From Octopus vulgaris (Eukaryota): a DNA stretch of 64,000 nt. The notes under the pieces are model-generated. The model searched no databases. It saw only the letters and a program-made list of their open reading frames with translations, and was not told the DNA's origin. Positions 12,915-25,753 of the stretch are shown one piece after another. Where the stretch lies: assembly GCA_951406725.2 (NCBI GenBank), contig OX597818.1, positions 68,138,001 through 68,202,000 of the forward strand. Reading direction: 5' to 3'. Each line of letters opens with the position of its first letter. The stretch's first letter is position 1. The position numbers and the translations under genes were made by a program.

Positions 12915-13075
12915 GATGGCCTCTTTCGGTTTCCATCTACAAGTACACGCACAAGGCTTTGGTCAGCTCCGTTTTATATTTGAAGAAAATAGCTCAAGTT
13001 GCCAAGCAGTAGGATTGAACCTGAAAACATATAGGTGCGAAAGAAACTACTGACCACACGCCCAGACGTGCATTT
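12915..13075 (-). mobile_element. SINE 5' half (old)
   Basis: Aligns by eye to 27680-27840. Confidence 0.6.
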
Positions 13076-14510
13076 AGCCATACTTGCACTCAGACATGCC
13101 TTACCTAAACCACACTTACATTTACGTCGTGATAGGAAAAATGAGCAACCCGATTTCAGCTAGCTTAAGGAAAGGGACACGGAACAAAACAATGGGCGAG
13201 AAACACATCAAAACGTAATATTACTTTACCTAATTAATTCATTTAAGGTAGAACAGGACAAAGATTATTTATATTTACCTTTTAAAATGAAAAGATTTGT
13301 GACATGTGGCCAATGTGCAGCAAGACGTAAGCTCCATTGATATACGTGTGGTTGACGAGCTAGAAATAGCAAGTACAACACACCTCACAATCTTCGAACT
13401 GGCTCAAAACACTGGACAAAGTAGTTTACGATGTCTAAAAACGATCGGATTGTCATGGCCGTCTGAATATGTTTAATTGTAGTTTTTGTGCGATCAACAA
13501 TGACACGAGGATGCTGAATAATGTTAATAAATAAAAGTTTCAAAAACAGTATTTCAAGACAGATTTCAATTCTTCCCTACAAACCTATTGTTATAAATTA
13601 TTAGTAATTACACTTAAAAGTGTCTATCAAAGTAATTGATGAAAATGAATTATTAATTAATGTCAGCTGTATTTGATAAATGGCAAACTGGAATCATCAC
13701 AACAGAAAAATAGATGAGAATTTTCGCCAATTCTAATGGTTAAAGATTAATGTTGTTACGTCTGTGAGTTGCTTGTTGTCGTTGCTTCTGTGGTAGTTCT
13801 TGCTGTTGCTGCTACTGTTGTTGTTGTCCAGTCCCAGGTCAGTGTTGAGTGGGCAGCTCTAGGCATAAGTCTTTGATGTCAACGCATTTAAAATTGCCCG
13901 TCAATCTATGAAACAAATCCTGTCGTAAAATATCTCATTTCAATCCTTCCATCAACATTTCCTGCTAATCTAAGTTTTAAGTACCAACTTAATTATGCCA
14001 AAGTTATTTTGATAAATATTTCATTATTTTCAAATTTTACTGAAACAAAGTCAGCGTATTTCAACGGAAATATAACAAAACAGCCAATCACTATCATTGA
14101 AGACATTTATCATGGGTTTATATTTATATTTCGAGAACAACAATACCCAACGTTATCTTCTCTCCTTCAAAGTAGAAGTCAGTGACTTAACAGAGATTTT
14201 AAGGGGGTTTAAAGATTTTCTTTTCCTTGTAAAATTTTGAATATATAAAACACACGGTATTCCTACATCTGAATATCTACATAAAAACATACTCATAACT
14301 GTAATTCTAACACACACACACGCACACAAACACACACACACAGACAGAGAAACATTTGATTAAATGACTGTAATTAAATATGCCAAAGACTAGATATTCT
14401 CATAAGGAATCAGGCTTTCTTGGACACAAACATGAATACATACGTCCAAGGAATACACACACACACACACAGACGTGTATAGTTAATGGTATGTTCATAT
14501 CTTGTATATG

Positions 14511-14555
<45 letters not shown>

Positions 14556-16087
14556 GAGTGTGTTTGTACACATATGTCTGTCTGTCTGTATGTATGTATG
14601 TTTGTCTGTATGTATGTATGTATGTTTGTCTGTATGTAGATATGTATGCATATATTTATATAGTCATATATATTCACCGTCCTAATTAAACTAGCCTGCA
14701 CCCATTAACAAATGGATACTGACGTTTATTGCTTTAATGAAAAGCTCGACTAATGATAACTTAATCCCCCGAATGTGTCTGTTAATGTTTCTGAGAAAAG
14801 ATTGGGTAAATAATGCTGGAGATTCTTCATAGACTGAAAATATAAGGATTAGTCACCGATGGGTGTAAGAAACGGTAAAGCTTGTTTGAGAAATATCAAG
14901 ACCTCACTGATCAATATCTAGAACCAGAAAAAATGAGATAATTATCTGTACCTGCAGTAATTTCTTGGAGAATGGTGTGATTCTTTTACCATTTCTATAT
15001 AAACTGGAATGAATCCTTTGAAATTAAATAATATTTGTTTGAAATTGAAGGACAGGAATTATTGTGTTCTTCTACCAGGTGTGAGGTGTTCAGTACAGTT
15101 TTATATATGAGGTTCAGGGACAGTCTTGATGTCGAAACTATTACAAAAATCATTCTTAAAAAAACGTAGAGATTTCAATGTAATAAATGGAAAGAGCAAT
15201 GACTGGTTGAGACAAGAATGTGAAAAGAAGGACGGCAGCAACTATTCCCAAGAAGAACTGTCGACTTCCCGTAATTCACATCTATATACCAATATTTTTA
15301 CTCAAAAGGATGAAAATTATCTTGAGCCAAGCGTTTAAAGATTTTTAGATTTAATAGTGCAGAATTTATATTCAATAAAGTATAACTTTTAAGCATAATT
15401 AACCTTAAAGTTAAAATTTATAAAATATTTATGAGTAAAAGTTTTTAAATTAAAGTATCTTATTCAACGATTTAATTGTCAATAAAACAACTTTCGAGCA
15501 ATGTAGATATTTTAAGAGCTGCACCCAAAGAGTGCAATAATAAAGTCAATGTATTTATATTCAATAAACAGCAATTATTTATCATTAAACTGCCATTATT
15601 CAAATGCTGCTTCCTATAAATTATCTTTCTCTGTAGGTCAGCAGCTACATACGAAACATGCAAATCTTGCACTCTAACTAAGTATTATGGTAAATAATAT
15701 TTTGTGTGACACACATTAACCATAAATACGTGTCGTCTTGTGAATTTATTATCATGAAATTGCCAAGATAACACGCATATTGTAATTTTCTGATTGGTTG
15801 CTTGGCTTCAGTAGTGCTACGGCAAGAATTTTCAGTCAGTGTATCAGCTGTTGGAAACATCGTATGTTGCTATGGTGAGGGATGTTCTTTTTAATCTTCT
15901 GCCAAATTAGATAGAACAAAGAGACAAATTATCAAATAGCTTTTCGTTTGGATCTTTTCATTTCGAATTCCATTGAAATTACCTTTGCTTTTCGGCTTTT
16001 CTGGCTCCGTAAAATAAGATACCATTGAGGCAATGGGTTGGATATAATCCACATGACCACCTCCTAAAATTATTGGCTTGTGCGAAA

Positions 16088-16263
16088 ATTCTTCTTCTTC
16101 TTCTTCTTCTTCTTCTTCTTCTTCTTCTTCTTCTTCTTCTTCTTCTTCTTCTTCTTCTTCTTCTTCTTCTTCTTCTTCTTCTTCTTCTTCTCCTCCTCCT
16201 TCTTCTTCTTCTTCTTCTTCTTCTTCTTCTTCCTCTTCTCCTCCTCCTCTTCCTCCTCCTCCT
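16088..16263. repeat. (TTC)n/(CTC)n microsatellite
   Basis: Direct reading. Confidence 0.97.
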
Positions 16264-16342
16264 AGTTGTTCTCATTCTTATTCTTGTTATTATTTCATAT
16301 AATTAGATTGTTGGAAAAGAAAAATTCCTAATCATCCTTAGA

Positions 16343-16518
16343 CAACCGACGCTGGTGTGATTACGTCTCTGTATCTTAGCGGTTCAGCAAAAGAGACCGA
16401 TAGAATAAGTACTAGGCTTACAAAGAATAAGTCCTGGGGTCGATTTGTTCGACTAAAAGGCGGTGCTCCGGTATGGCCGCAGTCAAATTACTGGAACAAA
16501 TAAAATAACAAAAGAATA
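16343..16518 (+). mobile_element. SINE 3' half
   Basis: Reverse complement of 27435-27605. Confidence 0.85.
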
Positions 16519-16545
16519 TTCTAAGAAATAAAATAACGCGCGCGT

Positions 16546-16581
<36 letters not shown>

Positions 16582-16850
16582 ACACACATACATGCAACTA
16601 ACTAACCATACTTTCATCTCCTTAATCTGTTGGAATGTCTCAAACGGTCACTATGCAGCTTCCTTTATGTCCGTTCGCCCTGATGATATTCCACCCAAGA
16701 TCTTCAAAATCTAAACATATGTTGTCGTTTGTAATTTTTATTAAGCGTGAATTGAAACAATTGTAGGCAATGTTAATTTATTAATGGATTCATTTTATCC
16801 ATTAAATCTCTCCATTTTCTTGCATAATGATACTTGATATTTATGATATA

Positions 16851-17324
<474 letters not shown>

Positions 17325-17385
17325 CATAGTTATATACATGCATGTATATATATATATGCATATATATATATATATACATAGTTAT

Positions 17386-17443
<58 letters not shown>

Positions 17444-17445
<2 letters not shown>

Positions 17446-17600
17446 AAAAAATTCAATGTAGAAATTGCTAAAATTATTTTATAAAAAGCATTTTAGTTTC
17501 AGTCATTGAGACTTTTTCAACTGTAAGTATGGAAAACAATTAAATTTTCGAAAAAATAAAAGAAAAGTTTTTTAAAAGAATATTTGAACAGTATTCAAAT
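17444..17600 (-). mobile_element. PLE-like terminal fragment with partial HHR (U3-A8 core) at 17496-17523
   Basis: Minus strand CAG-UUGAAAA-AGUC UCAAU GACU-GAAAC; stem III and cleavage triplet missing; ends at (TA)n. Confidence 0.5.
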
Positions 17601-17686
17601 ACAGGGGGTGTTTTCCTTGTTTCTGCCTGTCTCTGTCTCTCTTGTTTACTCTTGAGGGTTCGAGGTCGTTGTGAATTCTTGGCAGG

Positions 17687-17793
17687 AAAGAAGAAGAAGA
17701 AGAAGAAGAAGAAGAAGAAGAAGAAGAAGAAGAAGAAGAAGAAGAAGAAGAAGAAAGAGAAGAAGAAGAAAAAGAAGAAGAAGAAGAAGAAGA
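17687..17793. repeat. (AAG)n microsatellite
   Basis: Direct reading. Confidence 0.97.
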
Positions 17794-17900
17794 ATGCTGG
17801 AGTGCTACGATAAGAGGGTAAATGGTCAAGTGCCCTGAAAGTGACTTGTTGATGGTAGTAGTGATTGAATTATACATATTTATATATATATATATATATC

Positions 17901-18264
17901 GGTGCAAGCGTAGCTGTGCGGTAAAAAGTTTGCTTCCAAACCACGTGGCTCCGGGTTCAGTTCCACTGCGTGACTACTTGGGCACATTCCTTCTCCCTAT
18001 AGCCTCGGACCAACTAAATCCTTGAGAGTAGATGTGGTAAAGGGGAACTAAAAGAAGACCATTGTATATGATAGTATGTGCGAGTGTCTTTCTGTCTGTG
18101 TTTTTTGACCATCATCACTTGAGAACCTGCGAAAGCGACAGATGGAATAAGTATTAGGCTTTAAATATATGTACTAGGATCAATTTGTTCGAATGAAACC
18201 CTTCAAAGCAGTGCCACAGCATGGCCGCAGTCATATGACAGAAGCAAGTAAAAGAATAAAAGAA
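17901..18264 (+). mobile_element. Full-length tRNA-derived SINE (diverged)
   Basis: A-box-like tagctgtgcgg, B-box-like ggttcagttcc, tail cagcatggccgcagtc...aagtaaaag. Confidence 0.85.
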
Positions 18265-18305
18265 TACATTTATGTATACATATACATATATACATCTCAT
18301 TCCCC

Positions 18306-18338
<33 letters not shown>

Positions 18339-18375
18339 CACACATACATATATATACATATATATACATACATAC

Positions 18376-18429
<54 letters not shown>

Positions 18430-18473
18430 TACACATGTATCATATGTATGCCATATGATAAATATATAATCAA

Positions 18474-18511
<38 letters not shown>

Positions 18512-18579
18512 ATATCAATAATAAGGATATGTGTATGTATCTATACATATGTGCTTATGCATGTGTGTGTGTGTGTGTG

Positions 18580-18615
<36 letters not shown>

Positions 18616-19184
18616 TATCTGCTTACATACATTTATCAATTCCCGCATCCATCCACCCATACATCCATCGAACAAAAGTATTTTCTGTTCTCTTTCCTTT
18701 TCTGCTTCAATAAAGGTAATTATGTTACAGCAAGTTGGTTTTGTATTTGCAGTTGGTGCTGAGGCAGTCATCGCTGTTCTCGTTGTTGTTGTTGTTGTTC
18801 TCGTTGTTGTTGTTGTTTATGTTGTCGTCGTTTCGTGTTTTTCCTCTAAAGAAGCTCCACGCAGGCATTCTAAACATAGCCACGAATTGTCCCAGCCCCC
18901 TCACCTACACACACCCGCACACATTTTCTTTTATCTGTTTTTCTTGGTAAGGATGCTGTCTTAAGTTATCTTACGAGTTCTTGTGCTCCCGTTTTATAAA
19001 TAGTAGGGAGTTTTCTGAAGGAAATTAAAAAGAAATCCAGTCAGCGCCCGTTCAATTAGGTGGAACAATAAAAAGAATATTAGTCACTGGCAGAGTGCTT
19101 TACTTTTTTTTCTTTTTGTTTCGTTTTTTCTTTTACTTCCATCTCATAACATACTTGCTTCTGAAAGTTCAGCGAGTAGAAAAT

Positions 19185-19336
19185 ATCATCATCATCGGCG
19201 ACGTCATCGTCGTCGTCAGTATCCTCCTCCTCATCATCATCTTCACCATCATCATCATCACCATCATCATCACAATCATCATCATGACAATCATCATCAT
19301 TACCATCATCATCATCACCATCATCATCATCATGAC

Positions 19337-19370
<34 letters not shown>

Positions 19371-19607
19371 GTTATTGCCGTCGTCGTCGTTGTCGTCGTC
19401 AGTATCATCATCATCATCATCACCATCACCAATATCGTCACCATCATCGTTGTTTCCATTGTAGTCGTCGTTGTCGTCGTCACATCATCATCATTATCAT
19501 CATCACCACCACCACCACTAACATCATCACCATCGTCGTTGTTTCCATTGTGCAGTGTGGTCGTCGTCGTCACATCATCATCATCATCATCATCATCATC
19601 ATAATCA
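19185..19607. repeat. Degenerate (CAT)/(CGT)n microsatellite
   Basis: Direct reading. Confidence 0.95.
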
Positions 19608-19816
19608 TTGGCGCTATTTTTATCATTATGCCTTCTGTGGGAAGATATTCCAAAACCTTTTGTTAGCAACCATTCAGTGAAGAGAGACGAAATCTTTACT
19701 AAATTTATTGAATAGAAAGAATATGGTTGAGGTGAAATTGCGAACAGAAAATTAACAAGTGCATCCACGGTTTCTTTCCCAGCTATATCGTTTTGGGTTC
19801 AGTCCCACTCTGTGGC

Positions 19817-20413
19817 ACTCTTGTCAATGAGATGTACCTAAGAGAGGCACTTCGGAACGAGCTTAATAAAGCCATAGCTTTATATATAATTCAGTCGACA
19901 CGTTGACTGATTGGTGCTAGTAGATCGTCCGACCAATTTAATTAACGGAGCAGAGGCGAGATTCCCGAGAGATGGCGACACTGAACGAATTGGGTGTTTT
20001 CTCACCTTTTTACCATAATAGAGACTTTGCTCCACGTAACTGGGTTGAAATATCTGACAAACATTTTTCAAGTAACCTGTTCTTCTCGTACATAAACACT
20101 GCTTTGCGCCAATGCTTCGTTAATTAATTAGATCGAACGATCTCCTAGCGCAAAACAGTCAACGTGTTGACTTAATTATATATAAAAGGTATTGCTTTAA
20201 GTTCGTTCAATGTTGCTCCTCTTCGGTACATCTCATTGACAAGAGTCACAAAAGTCGAAACATCGATGTTTGAGATTCCAGAGATATTGCTACACTGGAC
20301 GAACTGGGAGTTTTCACACCTTTTTACCACAAGAGAGATTTTTTATCCACGTTAACTGCAGTGTATTTGTCTTTTAGCAGTCGAAACATCTGACAAACAT
20401 ATTTCAACTAGCC
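19817..20413 (+). mobile_element. Non-coding retrozyme-like/PLE-derived element: inverted arm plus about 1.4 tandem units with HHR
   Basis: Inverted arms 19817-19958/20107-20246; direct repeats 19957-20080/20271-20413; HHR at 20231-20275; ends at (TA)n. Confidence 0.8.
20231..20275 (+). ncRNA. Type I hammerhead motif with U3-A8 covariation
   Basis: UCUCA-UUGACAA-GA(guca caaaag)UC-GAAAC-AUCGAU-GUU-UGAGA; perfect 5-bp stem I; stem III is the palindrome AACAUCGAUGUU. Confidence 0.75.
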
Positions 20414-20433
20414 TATATATATATATATATATA

Positions 20434-20735
20434 TCACCGTGACCGACCAGGCTATCAGATGTTGCTACACATCACTGGTCACAATGCGCTTCGCATTGTT
20501 TTAGCCTTCAAATGACGCCACTCCGCTGGCTAAGTGAACAGGCCAACAGAAAAAAGAGTGAGAGAAATTTGTGGCGAAAGACTACAGCAGGGATCGCCAC
20601 CATCCCCTGCCGGAGCGTCGTGGAGCTTTAGGTGTTTTCGCTCAATAAACACTCACAACGCCCGGTTTGGGAATCGAAACCGTGATCCTACGACCGCGAG
20701 TCCGCTGCTCTAACCACTGTGCCATTGCGCCTCCA
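20434..20735 (-). mobile_element. tRNA-derived SINE (third family)
   Basis: Minus-strand head ggaggcgcaaTGGCACAGTGGttagagcagcggactcgcgg...GGTTTCGATTCCC. Confidence 0.85.
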
Positions 20736-20764
20736 CACACACACGCATACACACACACACACAT

Positions 20765-20816
<52 letters not shown>

Positions 20817-20818
<2 letters not shown>

Positions 20819-21280
20819 ATAATACAGTGATTGTTTCTTGTCAGGAACAAAAGGATTAATAGGACTGCTATAGAAGTGCTCTATTGAAAGAGACAAAAAT
20901 ATCAAACTGAAATTATTGAACATACAAATGCAAGGTCATCCGCATATCATTTCATAATTCGAACATTTAATCTTAGAATATACATATAAACATCCCGCAA
21001 GATGGAACATAATTCATCTGTACAAGCATACAAGCATATAATGATAATAAGGTGCGAGAAAAAATTCTTATCATCAAAAATTTAGAGTTAATATTTTAGC
21101 GATGATAAGAATTTTTTCTCGCACCTTATTATTATTATTATTATTATATGCTTGTCTGCTTGTACAGATGAATTATGTTCCATCTTGCGGGATGTTTATA
21201 TGTATATTCTATGATTAAATGTTCGAATTATGAAATGATATGCGGATGACCTTGCATTTGTTTGTTCAATAACTTTAGTT

Positions 21281-21286
<6 letters not shown>
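20817..21286. repeat. Fold-back element (about 180-bp arms, 20899-21075/21101-21286) with asymmetric tail, inside (TA)n
   Basis: atatcaaactgaaattattgaac...cttatcatc mirrored by gatgataag...gttcaataactttagtttgatat. Confidence 0.92.
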
Positions 21287-21346
<60 letters not shown>

Positions 21347-21455
21347 TTATTGTGTTCCGAGTTTTTATGCACTAAGCCACTTGGTGTTAAATGGATGTAC
21401 TATTAAATTAGTATCCAATTTTCTCACCCTTATTAGTTGATTATATATATATATA

Positions 21456-21633
21456 TATTTTATAGAAGGAGCTTCTACAGGACTAGAACTGTTTCATTCA
21501 AAAGAAATCATCATTCTTTTGAATGAAACAGTTCTAGTCCTGTAGAAGCTCCTTCTATAAAATAAATTAATTTACTATGCTGTATTGAGTACCTTATTTA
21601 CTGTGGTTAACCCCGACTCAACCCGGGACCTAC
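21456..21633. repeat. Perfect 51-bp fold-back (21456-21506/21514-21564) with tail, containing a truncated HHR core
   Basis: Arms are exact reverse complements; the minus strand reads UGAUGA-UUUC UUUU GAAU-GAAAC-AGUUCUA-GUC-CUGUAG. Confidence 0.88.
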
Positions 21634-21639
21634 ATATAC

Positions 21640-21675
<36 letters not shown>

Positions 21676-22029
21676 GTATGTATATAATGTCCTGATAGGG
21701 TTAATGCATGTACGTATGTTTATCGTTGGCGCGATAACATTGGCATTCCTCTTTCTTTTGCATCTGTATACCTATTGGAGGAATTACCTCAATCCTATAA
21801 AATATTACCAAAAATGAAGAAGATTGACAAGTTTATTTTTTGAACCTGAGGAATGGCACTCTTCCTTCTTTTGCTTCTGTATATCTACTGGAGGAGTTAC
21901 CTCAATCCTATGAAAGATTACTACTACTACTACTACTAATAAAAATAACAATAAGAACAATAATAACAATAATAATAATAATAACAACAACAACAACAAC
22001 AACAACAACAATAATAATAATAATAATAA

Positions 22030-22060
<31 letters not shown>

Positions 22061-22070
22061 AAGAAGAAAA

Positions 22071-22596
22071 CCTTCCATACAATAACCATCAGAGCATCAC
22101 AACAAATCACAGCACATACCCAAGGCACAGAGAGCTGCGCTCGGTAGTGAAGTGAAAGCACGCTATAAAAATAAAACTACTGAATAATAATAATAATAAT
22201 CATAACAAGGACTTACAAACACATATAATATACGGAAAATTGCACTACTAGGCACTGCACACATCGTACGCAGAACACTTTCCATACAATAACTAACAGA
22301 GCATCACAACAAATCACAGCACATACCCAAGGCACACAGAGCTGCGCTCGGTAGTGAAGTGAAAGCACGCTATAAAAATAAAACTACTGAATAATAATAA
22401 TAATAATCATAACAAGGACTTACAAACACATATAATATACGGAAAATTGCACTACTAGGCACTGCACACATCCTACGCAGAACACTTTCCATACAATAAC
22501 TAACAGAGCATCACAACAAATCACAGCACATACCCAAGGCACACAGAGCTGTGCTCGGTAGTGAAGTGAAAGCACGCTATAAAAATAAAACTACTG
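22071..22596 (+). mobile_element. Tandem array (207-bp period, about 2.5 units) of R4/Dong-like LINE 3' ends, each followed by (AAT)n
   Basis: GLTNTYNIRKIALLGTAHILRRTLSIQ-stop plus UTR ending actactg at 22182, 22389 and 22596. Confidence 0.88.
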
Positions 22597-22647
22597 AATA
22601 ATGATAATAATAATAATAATAATAATAACAATAATAATAATAATAAT

Positions 22648-22704
<57 letters not shown>

Positions 22705-22710
22705 TATAAT

Positions 22711-22778
<68 letters not shown>

Positions 22779-22803
22779 TGATGATGATAATAATAATAAT
22801 AAT
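22597..22803. repeat. (AAT)n microsatellite
   Basis: Direct reading. Confidence 0.97.
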
Positions 22804-23049
22804 CACCACCACCGCCACAACCATTTCCCGGCTGTTTTCCACTCATAAAAACCATGAAAAAAAGGGTGTTAAAACAATGATGCAGAACGTATGCAATAGG
22901 CGTTCACCTGGCTGCTTTCTTCGAAATTCCATTCACAGCCCTTGTATAAAACATATATTGCAAGCTACGGTACATCTAGAGTGAACTCAGAACCATGTGG
23001 ATCAAAAGCACTTTTATTCGCCACACCACCTTCCCCATTCAAACAGACA

Positions 23050-23081
<32 letters not shown>

Positions 23082-23587
23082 GAATGCAGCGTATAAATCA
23101 ATGGTTTCAGAGACAAACTACTTACTCACCATTTAGCCACTCACTGACTCCCTCCTTTACGGCATCTTTATTTTTATATATTTTTATTTTGAGACAAGAC
23201 AAAGATTCTTATGGATTTTTTTTTTCAAAAGGAATTTGAAGCAGCAGCGATGGAAGCGAGAAAGATGAGACGGTGAGAAGACAAAAGAGAGAAAGGAGGA
23301 TTGGATGGTAAAAGCAGGAAGACAGGAAGAGCAGAGGAAACTAGTGTTCGTGTTCCTCTCGGTGTGTGTGTGTGTGTTGGCGATGTGGGATAAGTGTGCG
23401 CGTGTGCGTCGATATGTCTGTGTGTGTGTGTGTGTGTACGTGCGCTTGCAGGTGTGTATTTTGTGCGTGCGCATGCGTAGACGTGTGGTACAATAACCCA
23501 GAAAACTAATGCGTGGTATCCTGCTGAAATCTTGCACCATATTACTTATCTTTTCTGTTGCTATTTCAATCCTATTCTGACTCTGCA

Positions 23588-23618
<31 letters not shown>

Positions 23619-23861
23619 TTTACTATTTTTCTTTTTCTTCTTGTTCATGTTACCATCATTATTATTGTTGTTGTTACCACAAATATATGTATTTTTGTGC
23701 GCATGTGTATCACACTTTCACTCTCTCTTTCTCTTTACGCACATACACACATATTTGTACATTATATTTGTACATATATATATACATATAAGTGAAAATA
23801 TAGGTATATATGTATATATATATGTATATATATATATATGTATAAATATATACATATATGC

Positions 23862-23956
<95 letters not shown>

Positions 23957-24892
23957 TGTGACTATATACAAATACATAAATGTATGTATATAGATATACC
24001 GACATATATATATATATGTGTGTATATATATACATATATGTGTGTGTGTGTGTGTATACATATGCATATATACGTGTACGTGTGACTATAGAGATAAACG
24101 CATATTCTGAAGATGCAAAAAATAGATATCCGCGCGCAAAGACACACATTCACACACACACACACACACGGAGTTTCTCTCTCTCTCTCTCATACATACA
24201 CGCACACTTCTTCTCCTCTTGTCGTCCGCAGTATCATAACACACTCTCAGTGTTCCTCACACAGACATCAGCCATCAGACATATCTAAAATTAATACAAA
24301 AAAAGAAATAAATAAGTAAAGGTATTAAATACAACGAAGAAAGTAAAGCGATATACATTCTCAAATATAGAAACCGAATTCTCAAGAACTATCCGGATTG
24401 TTTTTGTTGTTTTAGATCATTTGATTTTGCTTTCATTATTGTATCTCTCTCATCGAGAACAAACTAGTTCCACACAGAAGATATAAAACCATTCTATGAG
24501 ACATGTTGCCAAAAATCGTTTTCCAACCTGACACTTGATAAAACGATCCAACCAAAATCTTCCAAATATGCTAAATGACAATCTATTCTTAGAGTCTTTT
24601 GTTTCACAGGCATTTTTCCAGATCCCAATTCTAGTTAATTTCATCCTTGTTTACTTTTAAAACAGCACACCATTTCATAATTGGCATCATCATCATCGTC
24701 ATCATCGTCGTCGTTGTCGTCGTCGTCATCATTTTTGCATGGGTTGCTTGTAATGCATTGAAGAAGTTTCTCTATGGTCGAATGCTTTTTCTGTTTCCAA
24801 TCCTCACAAAAATATTCCTAAGACATCTGCTACAATTTTCTCACTTGCTTTACTGAGTCATTCCTTTTCTTATCTTTCAACTTTATGCAATA

Positions 24893-25276
24893 CTAGCAGT
24901 ATCGCCCGGCGTTGCTCAGGTTTGTAAGGGAAATAACTATAAAGCATTTTTAGAGAGTTATAGCCAACAAATAGCAAAAAAATGGGAAAAAATGATGGTA
25001 AATTTTTTTGGAGAGTTAAAAAAGGTGGAGTTGCGTCCCCTAGACAGTTTGTGGTTTGTGTTTCTGATTCTCGACCCCATGTCGAATTTATCGATTTTTT
25101 TCAGAACTTGGGGAACTTTTAAAAATTTTCTCTGCGTTAGTTTTGAATTATGACATTGGGCTATGTGTGTGTCAAGTTTCATCAGAATCGGTTGAAAGCC
25201 GTGGTCAGGGTGAGGGTACAAGCAAACAGACACACAGAAACACGCACAGACAAACTGCCGTTTATATAGAGAGAGA
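24893..25276 (-). mobile_element. Non-autonomous Helitron, copy 2
   Basis: Same termini (TC...hairpin CTAG) and body as 16851-17226. Confidence 0.88.
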
Positions 25277-25526
25277 TATTTGTGTCATAAAGAACAAACA
25301 CCAATAATCTTTCATTGTAGAAGTTATATCTCTTTCAATCTAATCTTTATCTAATGTGGTATGGAATCTTAACTACACTAGTGTGCAAAGCTATCATATA
25401 GACTAGGGCATTATAACTAAGGCTATCAAATATATGGTATGAGACAGCAGATGCAATATCTTTACCACAGAAGCTTTCTCCTGTCCTCTTTACCCTCTTA
25501 ATACTGACCCTTCTAAATTTGGTTAT

Positions 25527-25753
25527 TTAACCCTGTGGCACTTAAATCCTCAATATCTGGCTGAAATATTCTCCTCTTTTCTGCTCTAATTGGCCAGATC
25601 TGGCCTCTCACGCTTACCCTACAATATCACTCTTAACTTAATCAATGACGTTATCAAAATCTCAAAGCTAAGAGATAATCCCTGATTAATTCAAAATAAT
25701 GTGAATAAATAAGCATTACATTTGACAGAGTAATCTGAATGCCAAGCGGTTAA
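25527..25753. mobile_element. piggyBac-like MITE (TTAA TSD, degenerate TIRs)
   Basis: TTAAccctgtggca ... tgccaagcggTTAA. Confidence 0.6.

Noticed and set aside
21741-21921. Diverged direct repeat of about 68 bp (113-bp period)
   Set aside because: Real but an ordinary old local duplication with no further structure
22071-22596. Regularly spaced repeats suggestive of CRISPR
   Set aside because: Whole units repeat with no unique spacers; eukaryotic LINE tail
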